Shown here in pieces: positions 62,641-64,000 of a stretch of 64,000 bases of DNA. Both the position numbers and the translations under genes were made by a program. How positions within the stretch are numbered: the stretch's first letter is position 1; each line of letters opens with the position of its first letter. The notes beneath the pieces are model-generated. The model was not told the DNA's origin. It ran no database searches and saw only the letters and a program-made list of their open reading frames with translations. The stretch is from a virus (taxonomy: Duplodnaviria; Caudoviricetes): IMG/VR virus record IMGVR_UViG_3300007067_000087, positions 1 through 64,000 of that record. One strand, written 5' to 3'.

Positions 62641-62931
62641 ATGAGTGACGTTACTTTTACTTTTCGGGTTGATAAGGGATTAAAATCTGAATTTTCCAAA
62701 TTTGCTAAAGAGCAAGACCGTACCAGTGCACAACTTTTACGTGATTATATGCGCTCTTTTATTCAACAGAAAAACGAAGAAGCAGAATATGATGCGTGGT
62801 TTCGTGAGCAAGCACAGATCGGCATTGATGAGGCCAATGCGGGCAATACGATTCCCGCTGAGGAAGTAGAAGCCTATTTTGCAGAAAAAAGAGCCGCCTC
62901 ACGCAGAAGCATTGCGGAGGCAGCAGAATAA
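62641..62931 (+). CDS. CopG/RelB-like antitoxin
   Basis: TFTFRVDKGLKSEF...RTSAQLLRDYMR; YDAWFREQ. Confidence 0.85.
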   Translation: MSDVTFTFRVDKGLKSEFSKFAKEQDRTSAQLLRDYMRSFIQQKNEEAEYDAWFREQAQIGIDEANAGNTIPAEEVEAYFAEKRAASRRSIAEAAE

Positions 62932-63227
62932 TGAAATTGATATGGACATCGCGAGCGATGCGAGACCGTGATGAAATCTATGATTACATTAACGCAGACA
63001 ATCCGGCGGCGGCAGCAAATCTGGATGAAATATTTGTTGAAAGAGCAAAAACCCTAAAAGATTATCCCAATCTTGGTCGCACTGGACGCATTACCGGTAC
63101 TCGTGAATTGGTTGTTCATAGAAGCTATATCCTGCTTTACGATATAAACGGCGATAATGTACGTATATTGCGTGTTCTGCATGCTGCTCGCCGGTGGCCT
63201 TTCCCCGAAAAAGCTAAGCTGTCATGA
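62931..63227 (+). CDS. RelE/ParE toxin
   Basis: IWTSRAMRDR...GRITGTRELV...ILRVLHAARRW. Confidence 0.85.
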   Translation: MKLIWTSRAMRDRDEIYDYINADNPAAAANLDEIFVERAKTLKDYPNLGRTGRITGTRELVVHRSYILLYDINGDNVRILRVLHAARRWPFPEKAKLS

Positions 63228-64000
63228 AAGATCAGCATTTAGCCAAATTGATGCAAATGCTCGGTTCAACTCCTGCGCCTCATCACCGTAGCGGTTGGTT
63301 CGTGGCTTCCTGTCCTCTAGCTCCGTGGCGGCATGATGGTGGCACTGATCATAATCCGGCCTTTGCCATAAAACGAGAAGCGGGGGACGCTTTCTGCAAC
63401 TGTTTTGCTTGCGGGTTTCACGGTAAATTATCAGGACTGATTATTGAGATGCGGCATTTGAACAAAGTTTCTCCTCAATTGCAAATGCCGTGGGGAGACG
63501 CTTTCGCGATGATAGAGCAAGCCGAAGATGATATGGTTCTCAATCTTGATAGCTCGAATATTGAGGAGCTGCTAGAAAATCGTGCCAAACAAAATCACGA
63601 GTTCCCGAGATGGTGGCTGGACAGTTTCGCTAAATGGCGGGAAATTAATTGGGCAGTGGATTATCTTCACTCTCGCAATGTCTCCCCCGAAATTGCCGAT
63701 TTCATGGATATTCGGGTCGATACGATTGAGAAACGTATTTGTTGTCCAGTACGCAATTTTCAAGGTAAATTAATGGGGCTTCATGGCCGTAGCGTAGAAC
63801 AAGGCATTGAACCGCGCTACCGCATGTATAAACAGGCCGGACACATCAATCCGCATATCTGGCTTGGTGAAAACTGGATAGATACGGATAAACCTATTTT
63901 GATTGTTGAAGGTCCGTTTGATCTGGCGAGTGTATTACGGGTTTACCCTAATAGCTGCTCGCCACTTTTTGCTAATCCATCAGCAGAAAAAATTAGACGT
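63224..64000 (+). CDS. DNA primase (Zn-finger plus Toprim), 3'-truncated by window edge, missed by ORF track
   Basis: Open frame from ATG 63224 to the end: CPLAPWRH...CNCFACG, YLHSRNV, LIVEGPFD. Confidence 0.85.
   Translation, partial: MKDQHLAKLMQMLGSTPAPHHRSGWFVASCPLAPWRHDGGTDHNPAFAIKREAGDAFCNCFACGFHGKLSGLIIEMRHLNKVSPQLQMPWGDAFAMIEQAEDDMVLNLDSSNIEELLENRAKQNHEFPRWWLDSFAKWREINWAVDYLHSRNVSPEIADFMDIRVDTIEKRICCPVRNFQGKLMGLHGRSVEQGIEPRYRMYKQAGHINPHIWLGENWIDTDKPILIVEGPFDLASVLRVYPNSCSPLFANPSAEKIRR

Noticed and set aside
63228-63780. Apparent non-coding stretch or the short ORFs 63572-63763 and 63582-63773
   Set aside because: The region is the open primase frame from 63224, unlisted only because it lacks a stop in the window
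1-64000. Integrase, att sites, CI repressor, IS elements, tRNA or rRNA genes
   Set aside because: No recombinase or transposase motifs, terminal inverted repeats or cloverleaf structures recognised; XRE proteins present are paired with toxins

Overview
The whole window reads as one lambda-like siphophage or prophage. The host is probably an alphaproteobacterium (weak inference). No integrase, clear CI-type repressor, att site, rRNA, tRNA or CRISPR array is visible, so the element extends beyond the window. Gene order: putative DNA-modification cluster (DUF2156-like, Dam-like MTase, DUF4338/Mom-like, ParB), terminase, TA remnants, a PPDK-like dikinase lacking its pyruvate domain with a CsrA-like protein and two CX5R phosphatases, family A DNA polymerase, portal, MuF with a GNAT-like C-terminal extension plus a small partner ORF, Fic, head genes (major capsid split by one in-frame TAA), tail genes interleaved with many TA/defence morons (HigBA, DUF4258/HTH, GmrSD-like, Doc, FitAB, DUF6516, RelE/XRE, a second Fic), lysis cassette, and a replication module (AAA ATPase, initiator with six iterons, DnaC-like, DnaB-like, primase running off the end). 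The most striking non-coding signal is a 14-20 bp palindrome, AT(T/C)TGCAATT(A/G)ATTGCA(A/G)AT, found about 22 times, mostly just after stop codons and at moron borders but also inside genes. All protein family calls come from motifs recognised by eye, not from database searches.
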